Source of the DNA: Spirochaetales bacterium
Lineage (GTDB): Bacteria > Spirochaetota > Spirochaetia > JAIPGG01
Assembly (NCBI GenBank): GCA_021736255.1
Contig: JAIPGG010000006.1
Span: 1 to 60,160, forward strand
Length of the DNA: 60,160 nt
Reading direction: 5' to 3'
Positions 19,696-29,085 of the stretch are shown piece after piece (within the stretch, counting starts at the first letter, position 1; each line of letters starts with the position of its first letter). The notes below the pieces were generated by a model, which was not told where the DNA came from, searched no databases, and saw only the letters and a list, made by a program, of their open reading frames with translations. Made by a program: the position numbers and the translations under genes.

Positions 19696-21378
19696 ATGAG
19701 AACTACCAAGCACGGACTCCATCGCGGCTTGCTGATTGCACTCACCCTTTTTGTAGTGCTCTCAATGGCTGTATTTGCCGGAGGACAACAGGAAGGCGCC
19801 GGCCAGGCCGAAGGTGGAGCCGAGCAGGCAGAACCGGTTCGGATGACTGCAGGGTTTACTCAGGAGGAATCCCTGGAGACTCTGAGCCCGACCGACGCAT
19901 GGCAATACGGGGAAATGGGCTGTATGTTCTGGCCGCTGGTCTATGATCAGCTGTGGATTATGGGGCCGGGCCCGGATTACGAGGCAATACCCGCTCTGGC
20001 AAAGAGCTGGGAGACCGAGGACAACCAGACCTGGACCTTTCACCTGCGTGAAGGAGTTGAATTTCACGACGGAGAAGAGGTGACCGCCGAGGATGTCGAG
20101 TTCACCCTCGAGTACTTTGTCCATTCCGATCCGGTCTGGGAATATCAGGAAGTAATGACTACCGATATTCAGGTTATTGATAAATATACCATCCAGTTCA
20201 CCCTTGAAGAGCCGCACGGCGGGGCAGGCGGGAAATATCCCCCGGGATTCTGGACCCCCATCGTACCCAAGCACATTTTCGAGCCGGTGAAAGACAGCAT
20301 CCCATCCTACCCCAACGAAGAAGCGATCGGTTCGGGCCCCTTCCAGCTGAAAGAATTCAAGTCCGGCGAATTTGTCTGGCTCGAAAAGAACGAAGACTGG
20401 TGGGGAGAAGGCCCCTATGTGGATGAGGTTGTATTCCGCATGTTCGGCAGCGAAGACGCCCGGGACATGGCCCTCAAAAGGGGTGATATCGACATGATCG
20501 GCTATGCAGGTGTCGATCCGGTTTCCGCAAAGCAGTTCGAAGGCCTCGATAATATTGAAATTCTTACTGCCGGCGGGCTTCAGATCCCCTGGGTCACCTT
20601 CAATCTGCATAATGACACCCCGATTCAGGACCTGGCTGTCAGGCAGGCTATCATGTACGCTATAAACAAACAGCGCATAGCCGACATCGTCTATCTCGGG
20701 TATGCAGAGCGTGTATACGGCTTTATCTACCCGGAAATGAGCGAGTTCAATCCCAATGTAAAACGCTACAACTACGATGTGGATAAGGCCAAAGAGGTTC
20801 TTGCAGGCGCAGGTTACACCGACACCGACGGGAACGGCGTTCTAAACGATCCGGAGACCGGAGAGGACCTGGAGTTCGAAGGCCCGATCAACTCCCAGAA
20901 GACCTACATGATCAAAACCATGCGCCTTATCTCCGAAGATCTGGCGGAAATCGGAATCAAGATCAATGTTAAACCTACCGACCAGAGCACCCTGCTGGAC
21001 TATCTATACGATCCGGTTTCGGATAACTACACCATTTCCCTCATCGATGAAGAGCCCGGCCCCTATGCCGATTGGGTTTGGGAATTCGCCCGGAGCTACG
21101 AAAACGGAGGAGAAGGCTGGAATACTGCATATTACAACAGCGAAGAGTTTGATTCTCATCTGAAGGCTCTGCTTTCTGCTGATACCCTCGAGGAGAGGAA
21201 AGAGCATTCCTATGCCATGCAGCGGATCTTGTCGGAAGACCTTCCCTTCGGCTTCCTGGTCCGGCCGGAGGCTATCGATCCGGTCAGAACCGACAACGTT
21301 ACCGGTTATGTAGAGGCTATGGGTATTTCCAACTGGATTAACCCCTGGTCCTATATCAAGGCCAAACCGGTAGAATAA
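19696..21378 (+). CDS. Peptide/nickel ABC substrate-binding protein (SBP_bac_5)
   Basis: LAKSWE..WTFHLREGVEFHDG..TAEDV, IGSGPF. Signal peptide ends AVFAGGQQE; GGAGG RBS. Confidence 0.95.
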   Translation: MRTTKHGLHRGLLIALTLFVVLSMAVFAGGQQEGAGQAEGGAEQAEPVRMTAGFTQEESLETLSPTDAWQYGEMGCMFWPLVYDQLWIMGPGPDYEAIPALAKSWETEDNQTWTFHLREGVEFHDGEEVTAEDVEFTLEYFVHSDPVWEYQEVMTTDIQVIDKYTIQFTLEEPHGGAGGKYPPGFWTPIVPKHIFEPVKDSIPSYPNEEAIGSGPFQLKEFKSGEFVWLEKNEDWWGEGPYVDEVVFRMFGSEDARDMALKRGDIDMIGYAGVDPVSAKQFEGLDNIEILTAGGLQIPWVTFNLHNDTPIQDLAVRQAIMYAINKQRIADIVYLGYAERVYGFIYPEMSEFNPNVKRYNYDVDKAKEVLAGAGYTDTDGNGVLNDPETGEDLEFEGPINSQKTYMIKTMRLISEDLAEIGIKINVKPTDQSTLLDYLYDPVSDNYTISLIDEEPGPYADWVWEFARSYENGGEGWNTAYYNSEEFDSHLKALLSADTLEERKEHSYAMQRILSEDLPFGFLVRPEAIDPVRTDNVTGYVEAMGISNWINPWSYIKAKPVE

Positions 21379-21397
21379 GTCTCAAATAAATCAACAC

Positions 21398-21429
21398 AAA
21401 CCCGGCGGCCAACCGTCGCCGGGTTTTTT
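21398..21429 (+). terminator. Intrinsic terminator/attenuator after the binding-protein gene
   Basis: ACCCGGCGGC-loop-GTCGCCGGGT followed by a T-run. Confidence 0.75.
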
Positions 21430-21484
21430 CTGCCGTCTCGCCTTTTTCAGAGCGAGTTCTGTGGAAAGGAGGGAGAAACAACCC

Positions 21485-22453
21485 GTGCGAAACTTTCTTA
21501 TTCGTAAGGTTATAGCATCGATTGTAACACTTTATGCCATAGTTACAGCAAACTTCGTTATTTTCCGGATGGCGCCCGGCGATCCGATCCGCATGATGTT
21601 CCGCGACCCCCGCGTTTCAGCGGAACAGCTGGCGGAGCAGACCGAGAAATTCGGCTTGAGCGGCAGCCTCTGGGATCAATACTTGGCCTACATGGGTAAT
21701 CTGCTGCAGGGAGATCTCGGCCTCTCGTTCTGGCAAAAACGCCCTGTTATCGATGTAATCGCAGAACGCATACCGCAGACCCTGATGCTGGTCCTTACCG
21801 CCCTTGCACTAGCTGTGTTAATCGGTACCTTTTTCGGGGCCCTGGCGGGATGGAAAAGTGGAAAGAAGACAGATTCAATCATACTTTCGACCTCTCTTAC
21901 CCTGTACTCTATCCCCTCATTCGCTATGGGCATCGTTCTACTTATGGTCTTCGCTTACATATTGACCATCTTTCCATTAGGAGGGATACGAACCCCCGCC
22001 TCGGGCTTTACGGGGATAAGGAGTGTGCTGGATGTCCTCTGGCACATGATTCTACCGGCCTTTTCGATCATACTCTGGTATGTAGGAGAATACATCCTTC
22101 TGACCAGGAGTTCGATGCTCGATGTGCTCGGGCAGGATTATATTCTCACCGCCAGGGCGAAGGGTCTGAGGGAGCGGCTCATTCGAAAGCGGCACGCTCT
22201 TCGGAACGCACTGCTGCCGGTTATCACAATTACCGGTGTTAATCTCGGTTTTGCCGTAGCAGGTATTATCGAAGCGGAAACGGTCTTTTCCTGGCCGGGG
22301 GTGGGAAGACTGATATACGATGCCGTACTCAAACGTGATTACCCGCTTTTGCAGGGAGTGTTTTTGGTGTTTGCAGCCGCCATCATCCTCGCGAATTTCG
22401 TTATCGACCTGATCTACAGCTTTGTAGACCCGCGTATCCGGGTGGGGGAGTAG
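21485..22453 (+). CDS. Dpp/Opp ABC permease B
   Basis: PGDP, GDLGLS, ARAKGL..HALRNA, RDYPLLQG. GTG start after GGAGG. Confidence 0.95.
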   Translation: MRNFLIRKVIASIVTLYAIVTANFVIFRMAPGDPIRMMFRDPRVSAEQLAEQTEKFGLSGSLWDQYLAYMGNLLQGDLGLSFWQKRPVIDVIAERIPQTLMLVLTALALAVLIGTFFGALAGWKSGKKTDSIILSTSLTLYSIPSFAMGIVLLMVFAYILTIFPLGGIRTPASGFTGIRSVLDVLWHMILPAFSIILWYVGEYILLTRSSMLDVLGQDYILTARAKGLRERLIRKRHALRNALLPVITITGVNLGFAVAGIIEAETVFSWPGVGRLIYDAVLKRDYPLLQGVFLVFAAAIILANFVIDLIYSFVDPRIRVGE

Positions 22454-22457
22454 CAGC

Positions 22458-23354
22458 ATGGCTGAAACAGGATTACTGAAAACCACCGATACACAGAAAA
22501 AAAAGACGCGGGAGTTTTTTCAACTCCTTCTCGGTCATGGGATGGGAAAAACCGGAATCATAATCATTATAATCTTTCTTGTTATGGCCTTCTTTTCACC
22601 TTTGCTCTGGACCAACGATCCTTACAAGAGCGGCGAGGCAAAAGATATACTGGTAAAGCCCTCCGCCGAATTCTGGCTCGGCACCGATGATATGGGCAAG
22701 GACGTGTGGAGCCAGGTAGTCTACGGAGCACGGGTTTCCATAATGATCGGGTTCATAGCAGCGGTCATTACCGTAGTAACGGGGGCGTTCGTCGGGATTG
22801 TTGCAGGCTTTTTCGGCGGCAAACTCGAAGAGGGGCTCATGAGGATAGTCGACTTCTTTATGATGCTCCCGATTCTGCCGTTGATGATTGTTCTGGCGGC
22901 TGTCCTCGGCCCGAGTATCTGGAACATCGTTTTTGTCATCAGTGTGGTAAGCTGGCCCACCACAGCCCGCGTCGTCCGCTCCCAGGTGCTGTCTCTGAAG
23001 GAACGCCCCTTCATCGAGGCGGCCCGCTGTATAGGAGCTCCGAACAAGAGAATCATGTTCCGGGAAATACTTCCCAACGTGGTCCCTCTTCTTTTCGCCC
23101 AATCGATTCTGATGATAACCGAAACAATCTATGCAGAATCTGTATTGAGCTTTCTCGGCTTGGGAGATGCCAGCAAAATCAGCTGGGGACAGATGCTCCA
23201 TTTCGCCTTCGAATCAGGGGCGATGTCGAATTCACCCTGGTGGGTAATCCCGCCGATTCTCTCCATCGTTCTGTTAATCGTCAGTTTCTCGTTCCTCGGA
23301 ACAGCAGTAAGTGACGTATTAACACCGGGGTATAAAGAGAAGAGGGGGTACTAG
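22458..23354 (+). CDS. Dpp/Opp ABC permease C
   Basis: LGTDDMGKD, ARVVRSQVL, FIEAAR, LSFLGLG. Confidence 0.95.
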   Translation: MAETGLLKTTDTQKKKTREFFQLLLGHGMGKTGIIIIIIFLVMAFFSPLLWTNDPYKSGEAKDILVKPSAEFWLGTDDMGKDVWSQVVYGARVSIMIGFIAAVITVVTGAFVGIVAGFFGGKLEEGLMRIVDFFMMLPILPLMIVLAAVLGPSIWNIVFVISVVSWPTTARVVRSQVLSLKERPFIEAARCIGAPNKRIMFREILPNVVPLLFAQSILMITETIYAESVLSFLGLGDASKISWGQMLHFAFESGAMSNSPWWVIPPILSIVLLIVSFSFLGTAVSDVLTPGYKEKRGY

Positions 23355-23357
23355 AAG

Positions 23358-24329
23358 ATGGCACTGCTTGAAGTAAAAGACCTTTCAATCTATTACCAAA
23401 TGCATCGGGGAGACGCCAAGGCGGTCGACGGGGTTTCCTTTTCTATCAAGGAAAACGAGACCCTCGGCCTTATCGGGGAATCGGGCTGCGGAAAAACTAC
23501 AATCGCCCTGTCTTTGCTCCGCTTCATCCGTCCGCCCGGAAAGATAACCGGGGGCTCGATTATCTACAACGGGACAAACATCCTGGATCTGAGTGAGGAC
23601 GGTATGCGCCGTCTTCGCGGGAATGAAATAGCTATCGTCAGACAAGAGGCGCAGAATGCGCTGAATCCGGTTCTAACGGTCGGAGAACAGATTGCCGAAC
23701 AGATAATCGAACACGACAAGGTCGACAAGAATACCGCCTGGCAGCGGGCCAAGGACCAGCTCGAACTGGTAGGGATCGGTGCGGACCGGGTCAGAAGCTA
23801 TCCCCACGAGTTTTCCGGAGGGATGAGGCAGCGGGTCATGATCGCAATAGCCACGGCAAACTACCCCAAACTGCTCATCCTCGATGAACCGATTACCGGT
23901 CTCGACGTGATAGTTCAGAGACAGCTCTTGAAGCTCATCGCCGATTTACGGGATCGATTCGAGCTCACCATCATTTTTATCGCTCACGATCTCTCGGTCA
24001 TTGCCGAAAACTGCGACCGGGTCGTCGTTATGTACGCCGGAAAGGTGGCCGAAAACTCGAACACCAGCGATCTCTATCACAAGCCTTTACATCCATACTC
24101 CAGCGCCCTGATAAGTTCCTATCCCAGTATTCTCGGGGAACGGCAGGAGCTCAAGAGTATCCCGGGAGCGCCGCCGTCCCTGGTTAACCCACCGCCAGGA
24201 TGTCTGTTCGCAGACCGGTGCGAACATGTTATGGATATCTGCAGACAGAAAATCCCTCCCGAGTATGACATCGACGGTCGAAGCGTGGCATGCCACCTCT
24301 ACGAGCACAGCAAGGAGCCCCAGGTATGA
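23358..24329 (+). CDS. Dpp/Opp ABC ATPase D
   Basis: [31 protein letters not shown]. Confidence 0.95.
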   Translation: MALLEVKDLSIYYQMHRGDAKAVDGVSFSIKENETLGLIGESGCGKTTIALSLLRFIRPPGKITGGSIIYNGTNILDLSEDGMRRLRGNEIAIVRQEAQNALNPVLTVGEQIAEQIIEHDKVDKNTAWQRAKDQLELVGIGADRVRSYPHEFSGGMRQRVMIAIATANYPKLLILDEPITGLDVIVQRQLLKLIADLRDRFELTIIFIAHDLSVIAENCDRVVVMYAGKVAENSNTSDLYHKPLHPYSSALISSYPSILGERQELKSIPGAPPSLVNPPPGCLFADRCEHVMDICRQKIPPEYDIDGRSVACHLYEHSKEPQV

Positions 24330-25351
24330 GTATCCTCGAAATCAATAATTTGAAAACACACTTTGCCCAGCGTCAGGGTTTTCTGCGAAAACTTGCGGGC
24401 AAAGAACCCGATTACATACGAGCGGTAGACGGGGTTGATCTCGATCTGGATGAGGGCGAGGTACTCGGGATCGTAGGGGAATCCGGCTGCGGAAAATCCA
24501 CTCTGAGCCGTACCATACTCAAACTAATAAAATCGACCTCCGGCAGTATGCGGTATCGGGGTACGGAGATCTCGGATATGCCCGAATCGGATTTCAAGCC
24601 CTATAGGCGGAAAATGCAGATGATCTTTCAGGATCCCTTCGGATCGCTGAACCCGCGACGGAAGGTTGCCGAGATTCTCGGAGAAACGATCGACATCCAC
24701 GAACTCGCCGAAAACCAGGAAGAACGGAAACAGATGATAGAAAAGTCTCTCAGCGAAGTGGGCCTGGATCCTCCGGGTGAATTCTGGGAAAAGTATCCCG
24801 GACTGCTCAGCGGGGGACAGCTTCAGCGGGTAAGCATGGCACGGGTATTAATACTTCAGCCGGATTTCGTCGTGGCCGACGAACCGGTATCCATGCTCGA
24901 TGTATCGGTACGCATCGGCATACTCGACCTGCTGCTTCAGCTTCGCAAGAAGTATTCCATTTCCTTTATCTACATCACCCATGACCTTGCAACCGCCCGA
25001 TATGTCTGCGACAGGATCAACATCATGTATCTCGGCCGTTTCGTCGAGTCGGGTACTACCGAAACCATATTGAAAAAACCTGCTCACCCCTACACGCGGG
25101 CTTTGATTTCTGCGGTACCGGTGCCTAATCCCGATGTCGGGGCTCCCGAGCTGCCGATCAAGGGCTATGTAAACCCGGAAGGCCTCACCGATATCACCGG
25201 CTGCCGGTTCGCTCCCCGCTGTCCGTATACGGAAGAAGCGTGCAAAAGGGAAGAACCTGAATGCACGTCGATCTACGGATCAGGCAAGCAGGAACACCGG
25301 ATTGCATGCAGAAACTTGGCGCACCTGCCTGAATTCGTCCCGCGCGGTTGA
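24326..25351 (+). CDS. Dpp/Opp ABC ATPase F
   Basis: GESGCGKS, LSGGQLQR, DEPVSMLD, GCRFAPRC. ATGA overlap at 24326. Confidence 0.95.
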   Translation: MSILEINNLKTHFAQRQGFLRKLAGKEPDYIRAVDGVDLDLDEGEVLGIVGESGCGKSTLSRTILKLIKSTSGSMRYRGTEISDMPESDFKPYRRKMQMIFQDPFGSLNPRRKVAEILGETIDIHELAENQEERKQMIEKSLSEVGLDPPGEFWEKYPGLLSGGQLQRVSMARVLILQPDFVVADEPVSMLDVSVRIGILDLLLQLRKKYSISFIYITHDLATARYVCDRINIMYLGRFVESGTTETILKKPAHPYTRALISAVPVPNPDVGAPELPIKGYVNPEGLTDITGCRFAPRCPYTEEACKREEPECTSIYGSGKQEHRIACRNLAHLPEFVPRG

Positions 25352-25386
25352 TTTCAGCCTTTTCATAGCAGAGAGAGACGAAACCT

Positions 25387-25421
25387 GCGGCCCAATGTCA
25401 TCCGGCATTGGGCCGCCTTTT
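25387..25421 (+). terminator. Intrinsic terminator between convergent genes
   Basis: GCGGCCCAATG-loop-CATTGGGCCGC followed by TTTT. Confidence 0.7.
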
Positions 25422-25463
25422 ATGGTTCGCTATAGAGTCCCCGGAAGGGACAGACGGCAGCGT

Positions 25464-26195
25464 CTACAATTCCAGATTGAGCTTTCGCAGTTTCGGCGTA
25501 ATTACGAAACTGCAGTATCCTGCTCCCCTATTATTGTCATAGTAGTCCTGGTGGTAATCTTCGGCCCGGTAAAAGGTCTCGAGAGGGACTATTTCAGTGA
25601 CAAGCGGGTCATCGAAATAACCGGAATCCTCGAACTCCGCCTTCGATTTTTCTGCTGTTTGTTTTTGCTCCTGGTCGTGATAGAGGATAATTGAGCGATA
25701 CTGGGTACCCACATCCGGCCCCTGCCGGTTCAGTGTCGTCGGGTCATGGGCCTTCCAAAAAACGTCGAGTATTTCCCCGTAGCTTACAACCTCAGGATCA
25801 TACTCTATCTGTACAACCTCGGCATGTCCGGTGGTGCCGGTTGTAACCTCCCGGTATGAGGGGTCCTCCACCGACCCGCCTGCATAACCAGAGGTCGTCG
25901 AGACAACGCCCTCGATTCGGTCATACACCGCTTCGATGCACCAAAAACATCCACCGCCCAATGTTGCACTACGGGTATTTGTATTGTTCATAGTATTCTC
26001 CTTTGCCGACTCGGATGTCCGGCCGGACCCGGCCTGTTGTTTTGTATTTTTCTTTTCTTCCACGGCAGAAAAGCTGCTTCCCGATTCCCCGCTGCCTGCC
26101 GCGAAAAGGCTCCCTCCCGATACGAGAAGAATGACAAAACTTATCAGTATAATAATGAAAGCCCTGAAGGGTACAAATTGATTCGTTTGTTTCAT
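25464..26195 (-). CDS. msrA: Exported peptide-methionine (S)-S-oxide reductase
   Basis: GGGCFWC, GYAGG, GHAEVV, RQGPDVGTQYRS, AEDYHQDY. N-terminal signal-like segment ending LFAAGSGE. Confidence 0.95.
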   Translation of the reverse strand: MKQTNQFVPFRAFIIILISFVILLVSGGSLFAAGSGESGSSFSAVEEKKNTKQQAGSGRTSESAKENTMNNTNTRSATLGGGCFWCIEAVYDRIEGVVSTTSGYAGGSVEDPSYREVTTGTTGHAEVVQIEYDPEVVSYGEILDVFWKAHDPTTLNRQGPDVGTQYRSIILYHDQEQKQTAEKSKAEFEDSGYFDDPLVTEIVPLETFYRAEDYHQDYYDNNRGAGYCSFVITPKLRKLNLEL

Positions 26196-26291
26196 AGACG
26201 ACTCCTTATATTACTAATTTACGAATATTCGACCGGCAAGGCAGTAGTATTGAGAGAATTTTCCGGTTGGAAGGAGTTAAAAAGCGGGGAT

Positions 26292-27281
26292 CTAAGGTTC
26301 GACAGGTGAGCGACCGGTCGATCGACCGGTCGGACGGGCATGATATTGTTCAGCGATTTTTTGAAGGATCTCCTTGTTCCCAGCCAATGAACACCCGTAG
26401 CCGGTTTTTATTAACGCATCCGGGTCCTCCCTCAATGCCCGGAGAAATGGCGAACGGATAACTTCCATCACAGACCGGCCGCAAACCGAATCCGAGGCAT
26501 AATGGGCAAAGGGGCATGGCTCCACCAATCCTTGAGAAGTGAGGTGAAAAGAGCCGCTGCCGACGGCCGTGCATCGCCCGTGGTCGTCATATTCGTCTTC
26601 CGGCAGATGAACCAGAAGCATAGGCAGCCTGCGGCGTTGTTCATTCAGAAAATCAGCGAAGCTGCTGAGTGAAGCATTATCGGCAACCATCGATTCATCG
26701 GCCCCGCAGGCTGGAATGAAATCGTTGAAAAAACCAATACTGCACCCCCTCCTGAACATCTCATCGAAAAACTCATCCCGGCATAAATAGTGAACGGACT
26801 CCCGGCTAACTACCGCAGAAAAACCGAAAATGACACCGGCAGAGCGAAAAGCCTCCATTGCTGCAGTAACCGCCTCATAAACCCCTCGTCCTCGCCGTGC
26901 ATCAGTAAGGTCAAGATTTCCTTCGATGCTAACCACCGGGAAAACGTGAGGGACAGAGGCAAATCTCTGGGCAATATCATCGGTTACCAAGGTACCGTTA
27001 GTAATAACGATAAAAATCCGGTCCCTCCGCATCTCAAAAAGCTCGAAGAGTGACGGAAAAAGCAGAGGCTCCCCTCCGGTGACGACGAACAGGAAAGTCC
27101 CCAGCCGGGAAAGTTCGGAAACAACTCGAAGGACCTCTTCTGGGGGTATCTCGTCTTGGGTTTCATGCCTGCGGGAATAACAACCGCAACACTCCAGATT
27201 ACACTGCATTGTCGGACTCAAACCGATCCCCACCGGAACGGTTAGCCCATTATACCGCAGGTGTCTGCGGCGCAGGCACAT
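26292..27281 (-). CDS. Radical SAM protein with a Twitch/SPASM-like C-terminus (start uncertain)
   Basis: CNLECCGC (CxxxCxxC), TGGEP, TNG; C-terminal C..G..H..G.VEPCPF. Confidence 0.85.
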   Translation of the reverse strand: MCLRRRHLRYNGLTVPVGIGLSPTMQCNLECCGCYSRRHETQDEIPPEEVLRVVSELSRLGTFLFVVTGGEPLLFPSLFELFEMRRDRIFIVITNGTLVTDDIAQRFASVPHVFPVVSIEGNLDLTDARRGRGVYEAVTAAMEAFRSAGVIFGFSAVVSRESVHYLCRDEFFDEMFRRGCSIGFFNDFIPACGADESMVADNASLSSFADFLNEQRRRLPMLLVHLPEDEYDDHGRCTAVGSGSFHLTSQGLVEPCPFAHYASDSVCGRSVMEVIRSPFLRALREDPDALIKTGYGCSLAGNKEILQKIAEQYHARPTGRSTGRSPVEP

Positions 27282-28941
27282 CGAGGAGTTCGATAACCCG
27301 TTCGGCGCCCTTGTTAAACGCATCGGCTGCCGGACGGTAATCAAATCCAATGATTATGCTCAAACCGCTGTGAACAATCTCATGAAGCATCGATGAGAGA
27401 AGACGCAGATATGCCTCGCGAACCACTGTTCCGGAGGAGTCCCGGAAAAGAAGATCCCGAACAGATAGCGCCTCGGCAATAACCCCGACCTGTCTGGCAT
27501 AGACCGGGGAAAGCCGCTTGACCAGCTCGAGATACCCTTTCCGGTACGCCCCGCCGCCGCCTGCCAGGTTCGCTATCTGGATACGGCGGTCCCGAACCCG
27601 CCGGTTCCCCTCGCTCCTGTAAGGTATAAAACCGGTAATCAGTTTGACTACCGTTTCCGACTGAAACAACTTGTATGCAGAGTAGTATGCTAAGAGAAGT
27701 CCGGCGCTGCGGCGCAGACCGGAAACCCCGGCCGCCTGCACCAGCACTCCGGCGACCTCCCGGTCTACCGGCCGCAGCTTGTGCTCAGCCTCGCCCTCAA
27801 CGGCAAAAAGCCGTTCCTGCGACCAAGCGGCATCCAGTCCCTCCCTCAGCACTGCCTCGCAGCGCCGCAGCACAGCGATGAAGCTGTCCTGTCCGGCCTT
27901 CTCCAGCGCCTTCGAGAGCAGCCGCCGCTGCTCGCCGGTCAGAGCGGCGTTACCGCGTTCCCTCCCGCCGCCGATCCGTTCGGAAAGAACCAGTAAATAT
28001 TCTTCGAAGTCCTGCACCTGTTGTTCGATCCGGCTCGTGCCGCCCGCTTGGTTCTTTATCCTCTCGGCAAAAAAATCAACCGCCAGCTCGAGTCCGGTCC
28101 GGGAAAGAACAGCAGAACTGCCGCTGTCTGTATCCTGCAAGAGTGTTTCCAAATAGTCTCGAACCATAAGCCCGAGGGCATTCTGCATCTGTTCGATGAG
28201 ATAGGCATTGACCGGAGGGGCTCCACGCAGAAGGTTCATAGCCGGGTCCTCGGGAACAAAGGCGACCGGTTGAAATCTCGCATGCAGTTTCTCGGATATG
28301 GTTAGGTCTTCGGTGACATTCGCGTTATAGGTGGAGGCAGGGTCTCCCGGATCAAAGGATGCATCAACAATTCTGCGAAACCTATTGATCCAAAGCACGC
28401 CGCGCTTTTCGGGCACATGCTCCTGAAGACGCCTGAGGTAACTGCCGGCAGCGACATGCGATGCAGGATCGGGATTGGTCACCAGAATTACCGGTCCGAC
28501 CAGCGGCAAAAACGAAAGATGTTCCGCTTCCTCGGATCCGGCACTCATATCAAAAACAAACAGATCATATGTGTTTATTAATTCATCCCGGCTGGTTTCG
28601 AAAAGGAAAGTCTTCACTGCGGCGGGATCTTTGAATCCGGCATTGTAGGGCTGAAGAATATCAAGGTCCGGGTAGGCGCCGATCCGTATTGAGTCAATCC
28701 GGGCGGGCTCTGAGGTTTGTGAACGCTGAACAACGGCTTTTTTCAACCCCTCCGAGACATCCCGGAGATCGAGCAGGACTGCCGCATCGGAAAGGGGATC
28801 GAGATCAACCAATGCTGTGTGATACCCCTGTCGCGCCGCCCAGACGGCAAGATTCACCGCCGTAGTGGTTTTGCCCACCCCGCCTTTACCGGAAACAACA
28901 GCAACAGATCTATTCCGAATACCGCTTGCCACCTCAATCAT
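27250..28941 (-). CDS. MinD/FlhG/ParA-family ATPase with a large insertion
   Basis: Deviant Walker A GKGGVGKTT, VDLDP, FDMSAG, WINR, VPEDP. Confidence 0.75.
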   Translation of the reverse strand: MIEVASGIRNRSVAVVSGKGGVGKTTTAVNLAVWAARQGYHTALVDLDPLSDAAVLLDLRDVSEGLKKAVVQRSQTSEPARIDSIRIGAYPDLDILQPYNAGFKDPAAVKTFLFETSRDELINTYDLFVFDMSAGSEEAEHLSFLPLVGPVILVTNPDPASHVAAGSYLRRLQEHVPEKRGVLWINRFRRIVDASFDPGDPASTYNANVTEDLTISEKLHARFQPVAFVPEDPAMNLLRGAPPVNAYLIEQMQNALGLMVRDYLETLLQDTDSGSSAVLSRTGLELAVDFFAERIKNQAGGTSRIEQQVQDFEEYLLVLSERIGGGRERGNAALTGEQRRLLSKALEKAGQDSFIAVLRRCEAVLREGLDAAWSQERLFAVEGEAEHKLRPVDREVAGVLVQAAGVSGLRRSAGLLLAYYSAYKLFQSETVVKLITGFIPYRSEGNRRVRDRRIQIANLAGGGGAYRKGYLELVKRLSPVYARQVGVIAEALSVRDLLFRDSSGTVVREAYLRLLSSMLHEIVHSGLSIIIGFDYRPAADAFNKGAERVIELLDVPAPQTPAV

Positions 28942-29085
28942 ATCGGCAGCATCATACCACGAAGCTGAAGAAGAGAAAAGCAAAACTGTCGACCCGCTGT
29001 TATTGCAGGATACAGACTCTATGATATAATACCCCTCGGCAAAGATCGGACCGAGACAGCACGAAACCCTAGAAAAGGATCAGAT

